Assembly: GCA_039024555.1 (NCBI GenBank) | Contig: JBCCQQ010000060.1 | Span: 1-39,051 of the forward strand | Length of the DNA stretch: 39,051 nucleotides | From: Cyanobacteria bacterium P01_D01_bin.156 | Lineage (GTDB): Bacteria; Cyanobacteriota; Cyanobacteriia; Phormidesmidales; Phormidesmidaceae | Direction: 5' to 3' | Shown here: one piece after another, positions 16,981 through 25,964 of the stretch | Numbering within the stretch: the stretch's first letter is position 1 | Layout: every line of letters begins with the position of its first letter | Made by a program: the position numbers and the translations under genes | The notes under the pieces: model-generated | What the model was told of the DNA's origin: nothing | The model's input: the letters and a program-made list of their open reading frames with translations, nothing else | Database searches by the model: none

Positions 16981-18135
16981 TTATAAAAAGCCCATAGGAT
17001 CTACCGGATTTCCATTACGCCGCACCTCAAAATGTAGGTGTGGCCCAGTGGATAATCCAGTGGAACCAACCGCTGCAATAGATTGTCCCTTAGTAACCCC
17101 TTGGCCTTCTCGTACATTGAGGCGACTAGCATGGGCATAGAGGGTTGTTAACCCGCCACCGTGGTCAATAATCACCGAATTACCATAGCCACCGTACCAA
17201 CCCGCAAAAATCACCTTGCCAGAATCTGCTGCACTAATGCGAGTGCCATAGGCCGCTCCAAAATCCACACCAGCATGAAACCGGCGATATCCCAGCACTG
17301 GATGGACCCGTGAGCCAAAGCGGCTCGTAATCCGTCCTGCCGTAGGAAAGCTCATCTGCCCCGTTCCTAAGATGATGCCACTGGCCGCGGCCAGCCGTTG
17401 ACGAATTAAATTAGCCAAACTCTCAGAGTCCCGTACCAACTGAGCCTGAGCCGCTTCCAACGCACCACGATTATCCTTGAGGCGCGCAATCAGCTGGGTC
17501 TGTTGCCCCGCCTGAGCCTCATACTGATCGCGACGAGCCAACAGCTGCTGACGTAGTAACGCAATAGAATTTTTTTGAGCCTCTACACCCTGCTGCTGTT
17601 TTACGATCAGGTCCGCTTGATCCTGCAGCTCCACCAAAAACTGACGATCCGCCTGGTAAACCTTGCCCAGCAGATAGCGTCGCTCCAAAAACTCATTCAA
17701 ATTTTCACTTTTAAGCAATACAGCCCAACCTTCTGCATCCTTCTGCCGCTGCATAAACTGCAATCGCCGTACCGCTGCAATGCGGACCACTTCATACTCT
17801 TCTTGTGCCTGGAGTAATCTATTCTCCAAACGTTTTAGACGCTTCTGCGCCTCAGCAATTTGAAACTCAGTATCCTCAATTTTAAGATTGGTAACCGTAA
17901 TACTGTCCTGCAAGCCATCTAGCTGTTGGGCCGCCTCACGCTCCAGCCCCCTCAGCCGATTTTGCTCTGCTTCCAAATCTTGCTGCTGCTGCTCTATCTT
18001 CTCTTGTTGCTGTTGTAGCTGCTCCAAAGGCACATTGTTCTGGGATTGCCCCAGAGCCAGTGGCACCAGACACAAAACACACAGCACCACGCTGACAAAG
18101 AGAGATAAAAATTGCCTGATTTGCTTTGCCGTCAT
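16981..18135 (-). CDS. M23 family peptidase with long coiled coil (EnvC/NlpD-like)
   Basis: Signal peptide, coiled coil and intact Zn motifs FHAGVDF, TTLYAH, STGPHLHFEVR. Confidence 0.93.
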   Translation of the reverse strand: MTAKQIRQFLSLFVSVVLCVLCLVPLALGQSQNNVPLEQLQQQQEKIEQQQQDLEAEQNRLRGLEREAAQQLDGLQDSITVTNLKIEDTEFQIAEAQKRLKRLENRLLQAQEEYEVVRIAAVRRLQFMQRQKDAEGWAVLLKSENLNEFLERRYLLGKVYQADRQFLVELQDQADLIVKQQQGVEAQKNSIALLRQQLLARRDQYEAQAGQQTQLIARLKDNRGALEAAQAQLVRDSESLANLIRQRLAAASGIILGTGQMSFPTAGRITSRFGSRVHPVLGYRRFHAGVDFGAAYGTRISAADSGKVIFAGWYGGYGNSVIIDHGGGLTTLYAHASRLNVREGQGVTKGQSIAAVGSTGLSTGPHLHFEVRRNGNPVDPMGFL

Positions 18136-18322
18136 TGAGTCAGCACGAACTTTCTACAATCACCGATAAAACACACGAAGCACATCATAGTCTGACTTTG
18201 CAGCTTTAAAGCAGAGCGTTGCAGGGTTCGAACATAAACCCACCTGTTAAATTCAAGCTATTCGAGAATTCCAGCGGATCGGTTTATTTTCTAAAATCCT
18301 TTGCCCTGCAGTTTCACCCCAC

Positions 18323-18979
18323 TCAATTCTCAAGGGGTTTAATGCAGTCTGCTACCTCATTCTGCGGGCTATTGACCAAGGTACTCACCGAGTAGGCTTC
18401 CATTTCATTGGCATCATAGGGTTGCATAATCCTCTGGGCTTGGCCAGGTGATGCTGTTAACCAATGCTCATAATCATCCTTGCTAACGATCACCGGCATC
18501 CGATTATGAATCGGATGTATTACTTCATTGGGTTCTGTTGTCAGAATTGTGCAGGTTTCCAAATAGCTACCATCGGCACCTTCCCACTGCTCCCATAGCC
18601 CGGCAAAAGCAAATAATGAATGATTTTTCAGATGAATGTAAAAAGGCTGTTTCTTTTTATTGCTAGCAGTCCGCTGCCATTCATAAAAACCATCGGTAGG
18701 AATTAGACAGCGTCGTCGTTTGAATGCAGCTCGAAATGAGGGTTTTTCTGCCACTGTTTCTGAACGCGCGTTAATAAGCTTGTACCCAATCTTGTAATCC
18801 TTAGCCCAGGAGGGCACCAGGCCCCATTGAAAAATGCGGTACTCGCGACCGGCAATGACAGCAGAGACCGGCTGGGATGGGGCAATGTTGTAACGCGGCG
18901 GCGGTTCTGGCTCGGTAGTGAGTTGAAAAGTTTCGGCTAGGTCCTGGCCAGAATGAGTTTGAGTATAGCGACCGCACAT
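18323..18979 (-). CDS. SRAP family (YedK/HMCES-like) abasic-site protecting protein
   Basis: Diagnostic N-terminal MCGRY (start 18979), RYNIAPSQ, WGLVP.W, INARSET, GFYEW, HNRMPVI. Confidence 0.95.
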   Translation of the reverse strand: MCGRYTQTHSGQDLAETFQLTTEPEPPPRYNIAPSQPVSAVIAGREYRIFQWGLVPSWAKDYKIGYKLINARSETVAEKPSFRAAFKRRRCLIPTDGFYEWQRTASNKKKQPFYIHLKNHSLFAFAGLWEQWEGADGSYLETCTILTTEPNEVIHPIHNRMPVIVSKDDYEHWLTASPGQAQRIMQPYDANEMEAYSVSTLVNSPQNEVADCIKPLEN

Positions 18980-19034
18980 GAAGAGTCCTTTGAACTGCGA
19001 CAATTGTACTGATTTTTCATGGGAGGTTCACCTG

Positions 19035-19379
19035 ATGGAATTGCTATATCGAATTGCTCCAGCCGCAGATGTTCACACAGCAGAAGCTCAGGGATATTTT
19101 GAGTCAGCAGATTTGGCAGCAGAAGGGTTTATCCACTGTTCGTTTTTGCATCAGGTGCTGGGGGTCAGTCAACGGCATTATGCAGGGCAGCAAGGATTGG
19201 TGTTGTTTAGCATTGATCCGACATTGGTGGATTGTGAGATTCGGGTGGAAAATACGTCGGGTGGTACGGAGCTGTATCCCCACATTTATGGACAGGTGCC
19301 TTGGGCTGCGGTAGAGCAGATTTACACAGACACCTATGATGCTGCCGGGATTTTTGCGCTGCCAGCAGAGTTGCGGTGA
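19035..19379 (+). CDS. DUF952 family protein
   Basis: LYRI, EGFIHCS, LYPHIYG motifs; GGAGG RBS before ATG 19035. Confidence 0.88.
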   Translation: MELLYRIAPAADVHTAEAQGYFESADLAAEGFIHCSFLHQVLGVSQRHYAGQQGLVLFSIDPTLVDCEIRVENTSGGTELYPHIYGQVPWAAVEQIYTDTYDAAGIFALPAELR

Positions 19380-19519
19380 ACACTATTTTTCTGAGCGGGC
19401 TTTGAGAACTTAGCCTATGGTTGATGTGAACAGGTTTCTGATTTTGGGAAAGTTCACTTATGTATCCAAGATATTCAATTACTAAGGCCAAGGAAGACTT
19501 TCCTAGGTGTTAGATAACT

Positions 19520-20197
19520 ATGCTGAGCATTGAGCCAATGCGGAGAGTCAATCTATGGCCTCGATTGAGCATGGGATATTTTGGATGCTCCATGACACTT
19601 TCAGGAACCACTAAAACCGTGATAGCTTTGCTGACTCAACGTTTAGTATCGTCAAAAAAACTCTCTTTTCTATGTTTGGGAAGCCTGTTCGCTGGGGTTG
19701 TGTTGAACACTGTTCCTCAGATGGCACAGGCAGTTTCCATATCAGATAATCTCTCCTCTGGTGAGGAGGTTGCTCCTTTTGAGGGAACAGAATTAGCTCA
19801 AGCTTTTGTTCCTGAGACGTCAGCCTATGGCAAGTATCGCAATTTGTTACAGGTATTGAACTGTCCGGCAGATGGGGTGACTTACGGTTATTTCCATGAT
19901 TATGGGTATTGGGATGGGGGTGCTTGGTGTGGTCAGCAGGGGATGCCTGGATACTGGGTATGGACTGCGCCGAATTGGTATGTTTGGCAGGATGAGGTAC
20001 CGGGAAACGCCAATGCTGGTAAGTATTCAAGCTTAGTGCAGGTGCTTTTCTGTCCTGAAGATGAGGCTACCTATGGTAGCTTTGACGACTATGGGTACTG
20101 GGGTGGTGGTCCTTGGTGTGGTGATGATGGTGGTGAGGCGGGCTTCTGGGTATATGTTGCGCCGAATTGGTATGTGTGGGAGGTTGATAGCGAGTAA
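19520..20197 (+). CDS. Secreted protein with two tandem ~63-aa Trp/Tyr/Gly-rich domains
   Basis: Signal-like segment ending AQA; duplicated GKY..L.QVL.CP.D..TYG.F.DYGYW.GG.WCG...G.WV..APNWYVW. The true start is probably downstream (e.g. 19592). Confidence 0.75.
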   Translation: MLSIEPMRRVNLWPRLSMGYFGCSMTLSGTTKTVIALLTQRLVSSKKLSFLCLGSLFAGVVLNTVPQMAQAVSISDNLSSGEEVAPFEGTELAQAFVPETSAYGKYRNLLQVLNCPADGVTYGYFHDYGYWDGGAWCGQQGMPGYWVWTAPNWYVWQDEVPGNANAGKYSSLVQVLFCPEDEATYGSFDDYGYWGGGPWCGDDGGEAGFWVYVAPNWYVWEVDSE

Positions 20198-20284
20198 GGT
20201 TTAGCGATCGCTAAATTCTGCCAGTGACTATCTGAGGTAAATGAAAAGAGTCGTATGTTTATGGATTAAGTACATATTGCTCTT

Positions 20285-20728
20285 TTATAGTGTGGATAAT
20301 GTTTGTACGATTGAGGCAATATCGCTACCTAAGCGTACAAAGTCTTTTGGGTTAGCAGTCAATAGAGTCTTGACCTCCGCTTTTAGTGCAGCTTGGGCAA
20401 TGAGTGCATCGTAGATACCACCGCCTATAATATTTTGCTGCACCAGACGTTGCATTACCTGGCTGTAGTCATCTGCATTCAAAATCACCTTTTGAAAATG
20501 CTCGAAGTTGCTCAAAAGTGTTTGAACTTCCTTGGGTTGTAGCTTTGGCTGACGTGGCAAGCGCGTCAGTACTGCGTAGAGTTCTGCCAGTGTATGGGTT
20601 GAAATGTAGCCTATTATTTCTTGGTTCAGGGCTTGTTCAAGCCAAGGAAGGTAAGCTTTGTGAAATGGATGATCCTTTAGTAATGCGGCGACTAACGCTG
20701 AAGTATCAAATAGGACCTTATCTACCAT
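20285..20728 (-). CDS. PIN-domain (VapC-like) toxin
   Basis: VLFDTSALV, HTLAELYAVLTR, IYDALI, LLTANPKDF acidic PIN motifs. Confidence 0.92.
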   Translation of the reverse strand: MVDKVLFDTSALVAALLKDHPFHKAYLPWLEQALNQEIIGYISTHTLAELYAVLTRLPRQPKLQPKEVQTLLSNFEHFQKVILNADDYSQVMQRLVQQNIIGGGIYDALIAQAALKAEVKTLLTANPKDFVRLGSDIASIVQTLSTL

Positions 20729-20994
20729 TGTGTTAGATTATCTATGCGCTCTTCACGGACTTGAAAGAGTACTGAGTTGTAGTTTGATATTGGCTGCTTA
20801 GTTGCTTTGATTAACCAAATACCCCCATGGTTTTCTAGGTTAGACATATCGTCAGGGGAAGAGTAACTGCTAGGTGCATCCTGGGTATTTTGTAGCGAAC
20901 TCAACAGGCCATCCACGAGAGCTAGGACCTGACGCAGGGCTGAATCTGGTAGAAGGTCTAGACGTTGAATGATTTGTTGAACTAGTGGACTCAT
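20722..20994 (-). CDS. Putative cognate antitoxin (DUF2281-like N-terminus)
   Basis: Small ORF upstream of and overlapping the PIN gene; IIQRLDLLPDSALRQVLALVDGL helix pair; start ATG 20994 or 21009. Confidence 0.7.
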   Translation of the reverse strand: MSPLVQQIIQRLDLLPDSALRQVLALVDGLLSSLQNTQDAPSSYSSPDDMSNLENHGGIWLIKATKQPISNYNSVLFQVREERIDNLTQW

Positions 20995-21066
20995 GGGTGA
21001 CCATGCCATTACAGCGAATAAAATTACTTACATGGTATCTCAACTATCTTAAAGTCTTATATGGCA

Positions 21067-21282
21067 TTATTGTTGGTGGTTTGGACGTGCTGGGAAATGG
21101 TAATGGTTGGGCATCAGGCAGTAGGCGTTGATGTCCAGGGTGCTGTTGACAAGGTAGTAGCGAAAACGACGTAGGAAGAAGAGATAGTTTTCGCGTTCGA
21201 AGAAGATTTTTTGGTGATTGTTGCCTCGGTTGTAGAGGTGGTAATACTGGCCTGGTAGAAAGGCTGTTTTGCGCCGTGGCAT
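21067..21282 (-). pseudogene. Truncated RAYT/IS200-like HUH transposase
   Basis: MPRRK..FLPGQYYHLYNRGNN..KIF..RENY..FL...AYCLMPNHYHF, then an unrelated 8-aa tail and stop; the half with the catalytic Tyr is missing. Confidence 0.88.
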
Positions 21283-21389
21283 CGTCGAACCTGATGATTT
21301 GCTTGGTCTAGGATTCCCTTGATGGGGGTGGCGGTTGCGATGCAAAGGTTTCTGCCTTGGCTCCCGGTTTCCTGCAATAGCTTCTGCCT

Positions 21390-21454
21390 AGATCCCCGGT
21401 TTCTGGTCAAGTTCAGGATCTTGGCAATAGTTCAGCTTTAGAAACCAGGGATCT
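21390..21454. repeat. Inverted repeat pair (REP-like) upstream of truncated RAYT
   Basis: AGATCCCCGGTTTCT (21390-21404) pairs with AGAAACCAGGGATCT (21440-21454), 1 mismatch; a third partial copy GGCTCCCGGTTTC lies at about 21359. Confidence 0.75.
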
Positions 21455-21731
21455 CAAAACTGGCGTAAGTAAATCATCCTGTAGATAGATACGATGTCAG
21501 CAGATAAATGCTGTGTAGTATTTAATGCAGACTCATAAAATCAACAGAATTTATAAACAAGAAAACCTGATGAAGTTTTCGACCATCGTATACCTTAATA
21601 GCCGAAGCTTTAGGGCATACTGAACCAACAAGACAAATCTACAATTCTTTCATATTTCGCCTAAGTAATTTTGCTTGGTGTTCTAAGCCTTAATATGGAA
21701 TATTTACCGAGATTCAAGAGGGTTTTCTGAT

Positions 21732-22403
21732 ATGTCGAAGACAAAAATTACTCCTTTATATGCAGAAACCCGTATTCTTTTAAGCTTGTTTGCTATTGGA
21801 GAGGATCGGATTTCTCCGTCTGACTTTGTACCTAAGGGAGATAAGTATCAACAGGCACTAGTTGACCTGGTTGAAGATAATTGCCTCTCTGAAACGTTGA
21901 AGGGGAAGCGATACAAAAAATATTCATTGCTTTCAGAGGGAAAGGAGAAGCTAATCCAGAATCTAGCCAATGAAGAACTTTCTTTTTTCTCTTCCCTCGG
22001 ACCTAAAACTACTAATGGATTGCTAAAAGTCTTTCGTGAGTTAGTGAGTGACGAAACAATATCAAACGGCGGATCGAAGGACATAACTCAAAATGGAACT
22101 CATCACAATGGGAACGAGCACTCTATTACTTCCTACGAAGCTTTCACTAGTGTTGCGTTAGATGTGTACGAACAATTGAATGCTGATTTTCAGTGTGAGG
22201 ATCTAGTACCGATTTATCGTATTCGCCGCACTATTGGAGGGCAGGTTTCACGAACAAAGTTCAATGAATGGTTGCTGAAAATGCAAGCTAATGACAAGCT
22301 ACAGCTAATTGGTGGTGAGATGCCTGAACTGACCCCTGAGAAAGCAGAAGACTCTGTTAAAACATCCCTTGGTGGTATTCGTTACTATGCCAAACGTTTG
22401 TAA
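21732..22403 (+). CDS. Hypothetical protein, probable tandem winged-helix domains (gene 1 of candidate defence operon)
   Basis: N-terminal helix-turn-helix/wing ending KKYSLLSEGKEKL; low-complexity linker; C-terminal DLVPIYRIRR...SRTKFNEWLLKMQ...GGIRYY domain. Confidence 0.75.
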   Translation: MSKTKITPLYAETRILLSLFAIGEDRISPSDFVPKGDKYQQALVDLVEDNCLSETLKGKRYKKYSLLSEGKEKLIQNLANEELSFFSSLGPKTTNGLLKVFRELVSDETISNGGSKDITQNGTHHNGNEHSITSYEAFTSVALDVYEQLNADFQCEDLVPIYRIRRTIGGQVSRTKFNEWLLKMQANDKLQLIGGEMPELTPEKAEDSVKTSLGGIRYYAKRL

Positions 22404-22460
22404 CATCCGCTTGTGTTCATACCTCATCTGAAACTTTCTAATAACTATAAATTAGCAACG

Positions 22461-24485
22461 ATGGTCGCCACTGTAGATTCGAAAGTAGAAATCGTTAATC
22501 TTGCTATTCGAGAACAAAACCCTTTCTCTCAACCTCCTTATGTAAAGGCAAAACATATTTGGGACAAAGGCTTTCCAGATGTTGAATCTCTTAATGCTCA
22601 TGCGTCTGATGCAGTATTTAAGGCCCTAGACGAAATTCGAGCAAAGCATTATTCAAGTACTTCTTTGCTGATTACGGCCCAAGATGGGACGGGTAAAAGT
22701 CATATTATCAGCCGTATTAGATATCATCTTCGGCAGAATGGAAAGGCACTGTTCATTTTTGCTAATCAGTTTAATGACCTTAACGAAGTCAAACAAGGTT
22801 TCCAAAATTTACTAGCTGTTAGTTTAGGAAAAGAAGGTTCTCAGGAAATTACCCAATGGCAGAAAGTAGCAGCTAATATAGCTAATATAGCCTTGTCAAT
22901 TTCAAAGCCTGGGGGCGCTGAAATTGAAGCCAATGTACTTATTAAGAAGTTTACAAATAATAGTGTAGAAAAAGTAGGGAAGTGGGTTCAAAAGTTATGT
23001 GATCTCTTCTGTGAAAATAGAGATATCCAAGATCGTGAAATTATTAAGGCTATTTTATGGTGTTTATCTGATAGCCAAAAAACTTTTGCAGTTAATTGGC
23101 TAGCTGGTGAAGAACTTGCTCAATATAAGGCAAATGAACTTCGATTACCTTCTCAAAGAGAAGGATTTAATATCGTCTTACAAATTCTAGATATTATCAG
23201 TCAATTTTATGAATTAGTTATCTGTTTTGATGAGCTTGATATCGATGAGTTTGATGAGCGAGGACTACATAAATCTCAGGTCGTTGCAGGTTTAGTCAAA
23301 GATTTATTCGAAAACCTGAATAGAGGTTTGATTCTGAGCACGATGATGCCAGGAACGTGGAACAATCGAGTAAAACAACTACCTGGTGGTGTATGGAATA
23401 AAATGATAGCTCAAGGACGACCTTACGAGCTGAAATATATGGATGAAAAATCCATTGTTAAGTTAGTTGAGTTCTCTCTTGAAAACTATTATAAGGAAAG
23501 AGATATAACTCCTCCCTATGCACTGTACCCATTTGATGAAAATGAATTAAAAGACATAGGTAAGGAAAAACCTACAGTTCGTGAAGTATTAAGATGGTGC
23601 CGAGAGAATTGTTTGTCTAAGCTAAAGACAGCTGATACATCAGAAGAAATTAGTTTAGTAGAGCAGGAAAAGGAAGTTTTACAGTCCGACGTTGGCGATG
23701 CTTTTCGCTCAGAAATTGAATCTATAGATTCATCGTATTGGGAGCAAAATAAGATAATTGGCAATGCCTTGTTCTTCAGTTTTCGTCTGCTTATTTCATG
23801 TTCCCTGAATAATATAGAAGTCTTTGATGTGACTGATGGTGTAAAGAGTAGAGGTGGTAGAGACCCTTACTTGAATTTCAAAATTATCGGTAAAGAGAGT
23901 GGCGCTGACTTCTGTATTGGTGTTGCAGTACTTCAAAATAATGGTGGAAGAAGCTTGGGCGCAGGATTTAAGAGGCTCTTAGATAAGAAAGGAGAATTTA
24001 ATATCACTCGTGGATGTTTAGTCCGTTCTCAAGACAAACCACTGAATCGATACTTTAGAGATACCTATCTTGAACCCTTAATTCATGATCAAGGTGGTGA
24101 GTGGGTTGATCTTTTAGCGGAAGAAATTCAACCGTTGATTGCAATTCATAATGTGTATCGAAAACGGGAGGAATATGATTTGACAGAAGAACAGATCTTT
24201 GAATTTATTGAAAATGCTGATCCAAAACTTCTGTTAGATATACATAGTCCCATACTGCAAGAAATTCTTAGCTCTCCTACCCATCAAGTCCCTGAAACTA
24301 TTGATGAGCCAGAGTTAGAGAATGTTGATCCTGAGGAACTCCTAGAACAACCAGTAGAGTCGAACACCATAGCAGTAGCAGTATCCGCAAGTGATTCTCA
24401 TCCTGAACTAGATCTCTTGGATAAAGTTGATGAAGAAGATTTATCTGAAGAGGATGATTTAGCAGATCTGGCTAAGGATGATTAA
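22461..24485 (+). CDS. P-loop ATPase (AAA+-like) with C-terminal alpha/beta domain and acidic tail (gene 2)
   Basis: N-terminal NPF, Walker A AQDGTGKSH, Walker B LVICFDELD, PLYPF-like ALYPF and PTVREVL sensor-like helix; start ATG 22461 (the track uses GTG 22413). Confidence 0.85.
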   Translation: MVATVDSKVEIVNLAIREQNPFSQPPYVKAKHIWDKGFPDVESLNAHASDAVFKALDEIRAKHYSSTSLLITAQDGTGKSHIISRIRYHLRQNGKALFIFANQFNDLNEVKQGFQNLLAVSLGKEGSQEITQWQKVAANIANIALSISKPGGAEIEANVLIKKFTNNSVEKVGKWVQKLCDLFCENRDIQDREIIKAILWCLSDSQKTFAVNWLAGEELAQYKANELRLPSQREGFNIVLQILDIISQFYELVICFDELDIDEFDERGLHKSQVVAGLVKDLFENLNRGLILSTMMPGTWNNRVKQLPGGVWNKMIAQGRPYELKYMDEKSIVKLVEFSLENYYKERDITPPYALYPFDENELKDIGKEKPTVREVLRWCRENCLSKLKTADTSEEISLVEQEKEVLQSDVGDAFRSEIESIDSSYWEQNKIIGNALFFSFRLLISCSLNNIEVFDVTDGVKSRGGRDPYLNFKIIGKESGADFCIGVAVLQNNGGRSLGAGFKRLLDKKGEFNITRGCLVRSQDKPLNRYFRDTYLEPLIHDQGGEWVDLLAEEIQPLIAIHNVYRKREEYDLTEEQIFEFIENADPKLLLDIHSPILQEILSSPTHQVPETIDEPELENVDPEELLEQPVESNTIAVAVSASDSHPELDLLDKVDEEDLSEEDDLADLAKDD

Positions 24486-25944
24486 GGTGCTTACTTTAGA
24501 CACAGCTTTATGCTTGCCAGCTCCTGAAATACGAGCAGTAACAGACGGGCGATTAGTTGCCGTTCTATCTGGCGTCTCTATGACTAAAGGTCTTAAGTTC
24601 GTGCTGTGCCCCAGTTCTGCTAGATTTTTCGACAAGCCGATAGATCAATATTATCAGACTGATTTCCTCTCAACAGCGCATACGGTACTAGAACAGTTAA
24701 AAATAGCTGGCCCAACATTAGAGTATTGGGCCGAATGTCAGGGGTGTAGCATTATTGACACTCCTGAAGAACTTAATGCAATTGCTGCCCTTGGGATCTG
24801 GCATCTAGACGTCCTTAAAACTTGGCTAGCAGAGCGTCAGTTTCTGATTATCGCCTTTCTTAGAACTTATCAATTACCGACGCCAGTTACCGAAACAGCC
24901 ATTCCCAAAGTCGGCAAATTTATTGGTTTATCAAACCCTATACAAGTTCACCAAAAACGCCCTATCCTTGAGGATCTTCTTTTCCGTCATCGCTTGGAAC
25001 AAGCCCAAGCTTTTCAGCTCCCAAAACATTCTGAATTAGAAGCTTTAAATACTGCTTTAGAGCAATCCACTTTAGTTGCTAATCCTGCCGCTCAAGCCTT
25101 TCAAAGTAATCTCAGGCACGTACTTGACTGGAAGCCAGTGCCTGTTCCTAAAGCTGACTCTCAAAACACAGATTGGATAAATCAAATAGCTGCGCTTGGT
25201 GAAAGAAGTAAAGAATTAGACGCAGGTAAAAGTAATTATCGGGCAGGTACTGAATTCGAAGATATTGTTCGCAAGAGTTTAGAATTTCTTGGTTTCACAA
25301 TTAATTACTATCATCAAGGCAAAGCAGGTGGTCTGGATCTCGTCTGTTCAGAGCCTTATTTGTTGATTGGAGAATGTAAAGCAGGTAAGTCGATACCTAA
25401 TACCACTGCCGTACAGCTCCTTAATCTCGGTACTTTACGCCTTAAAACTAAAGAGGCATTCAATCGCTCTAAGAAGATTATTATCGGTCCCGGTATACCC
25501 ACTACTCAACTTGCAGATGCAGCTAAGGTTCATGGTATGGCTATTATCAACCCACATACTTTAGAAAAACTCGTCAAGCTACAGCATCAACATCCTGGTT
25601 CTATTGATTTGATCGAACTTAAAAAGTACTTGATCGATGGGCGTGCTGATGATGAAGTAACACTGTATATTGAGCAGATTAAATCAAAGCTGCATTTGCG
25701 CTCATTTATCGTAAAACAAGTACGAGAATATCTGTTAAATGCTAAAGCCCAAAGTGCAAATGTAGATTCGCTTCATGCAGTCTATACTGTCTCCAATCCA
25801 CCTAAACGCCTTAGTCGAAAAGAGTTTTACGATATTTTAGTTGAATTGGCATCTCCATTCTCAGGCTATTTAGGAAGACAACAAACTCCCAATGGTGATG
25901 ATTCCTTTTACTTTTTACGCTATTTCATTGTTGGAGAGTCTTAA
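24478..25944 (+). CDS. DUF1802-like N-terminal domain fused to Mrr-like PD-(D/E)XK endonuclease and C-terminal helical/winged domain (gene 3)
   Basis: Nuclease motifs GTEFEDIVRKSLEFLGF, GGLDL, IGECKAG, AVQL. The N-terminus (TALCLPAPEIRAVTDGRLVAVL...YWAEC...FLRTYQLP.P) resembles DUF1802. 8-bp overlap (ATGATTAA) with the ATPase. Confidence 0.78.
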   Translation: MIKVLTLDTALCLPAPEIRAVTDGRLVAVLSGVSMTKGLKFVLCPSSARFFDKPIDQYYQTDFLSTAHTVLEQLKIAGPTLEYWAECQGCSIIDTPEELNAIAALGIWHLDVLKTWLAERQFLIIAFLRTYQLPTPVTETAIPKVGKFIGLSNPIQVHQKRPILEDLLFRHRLEQAQAFQLPKHSELEALNTALEQSTLVANPAAQAFQSNLRHVLDWKPVPVPKADSQNTDWINQIAALGERSKELDAGKSNYRAGTEFEDIVRKSLEFLGFTINYYHQGKAGGLDLVCSEPYLLIGECKAGKSIPNTTAVQLLNLGTLRLKTKEAFNRSKKIIIGPGIPTTQLADAAKVHGMAIINPHTLEKLVKLQHQHPGSIDLIELKKYLIDGRADDEVTLYIEQIKSKLHLRSFIVKQVREYLLNAKAQSANVDSLHAVYTVSNPPKRLSRKEFYDILVELASPFSGYLGRQQTPNGDDSFYFLRYFIVGES

Positions 25945-25964
25945 GTTACTCATTCTTCGCTTCC

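Noticed and set aside
21732..25944. Assignment to BREX, McrBC, Dnd or type I/III restriction-modification
   Set aside because: No PglZ, methyltransferase, McrB NxxD motif, Dnd genes or helicase motifs recognised in the window.
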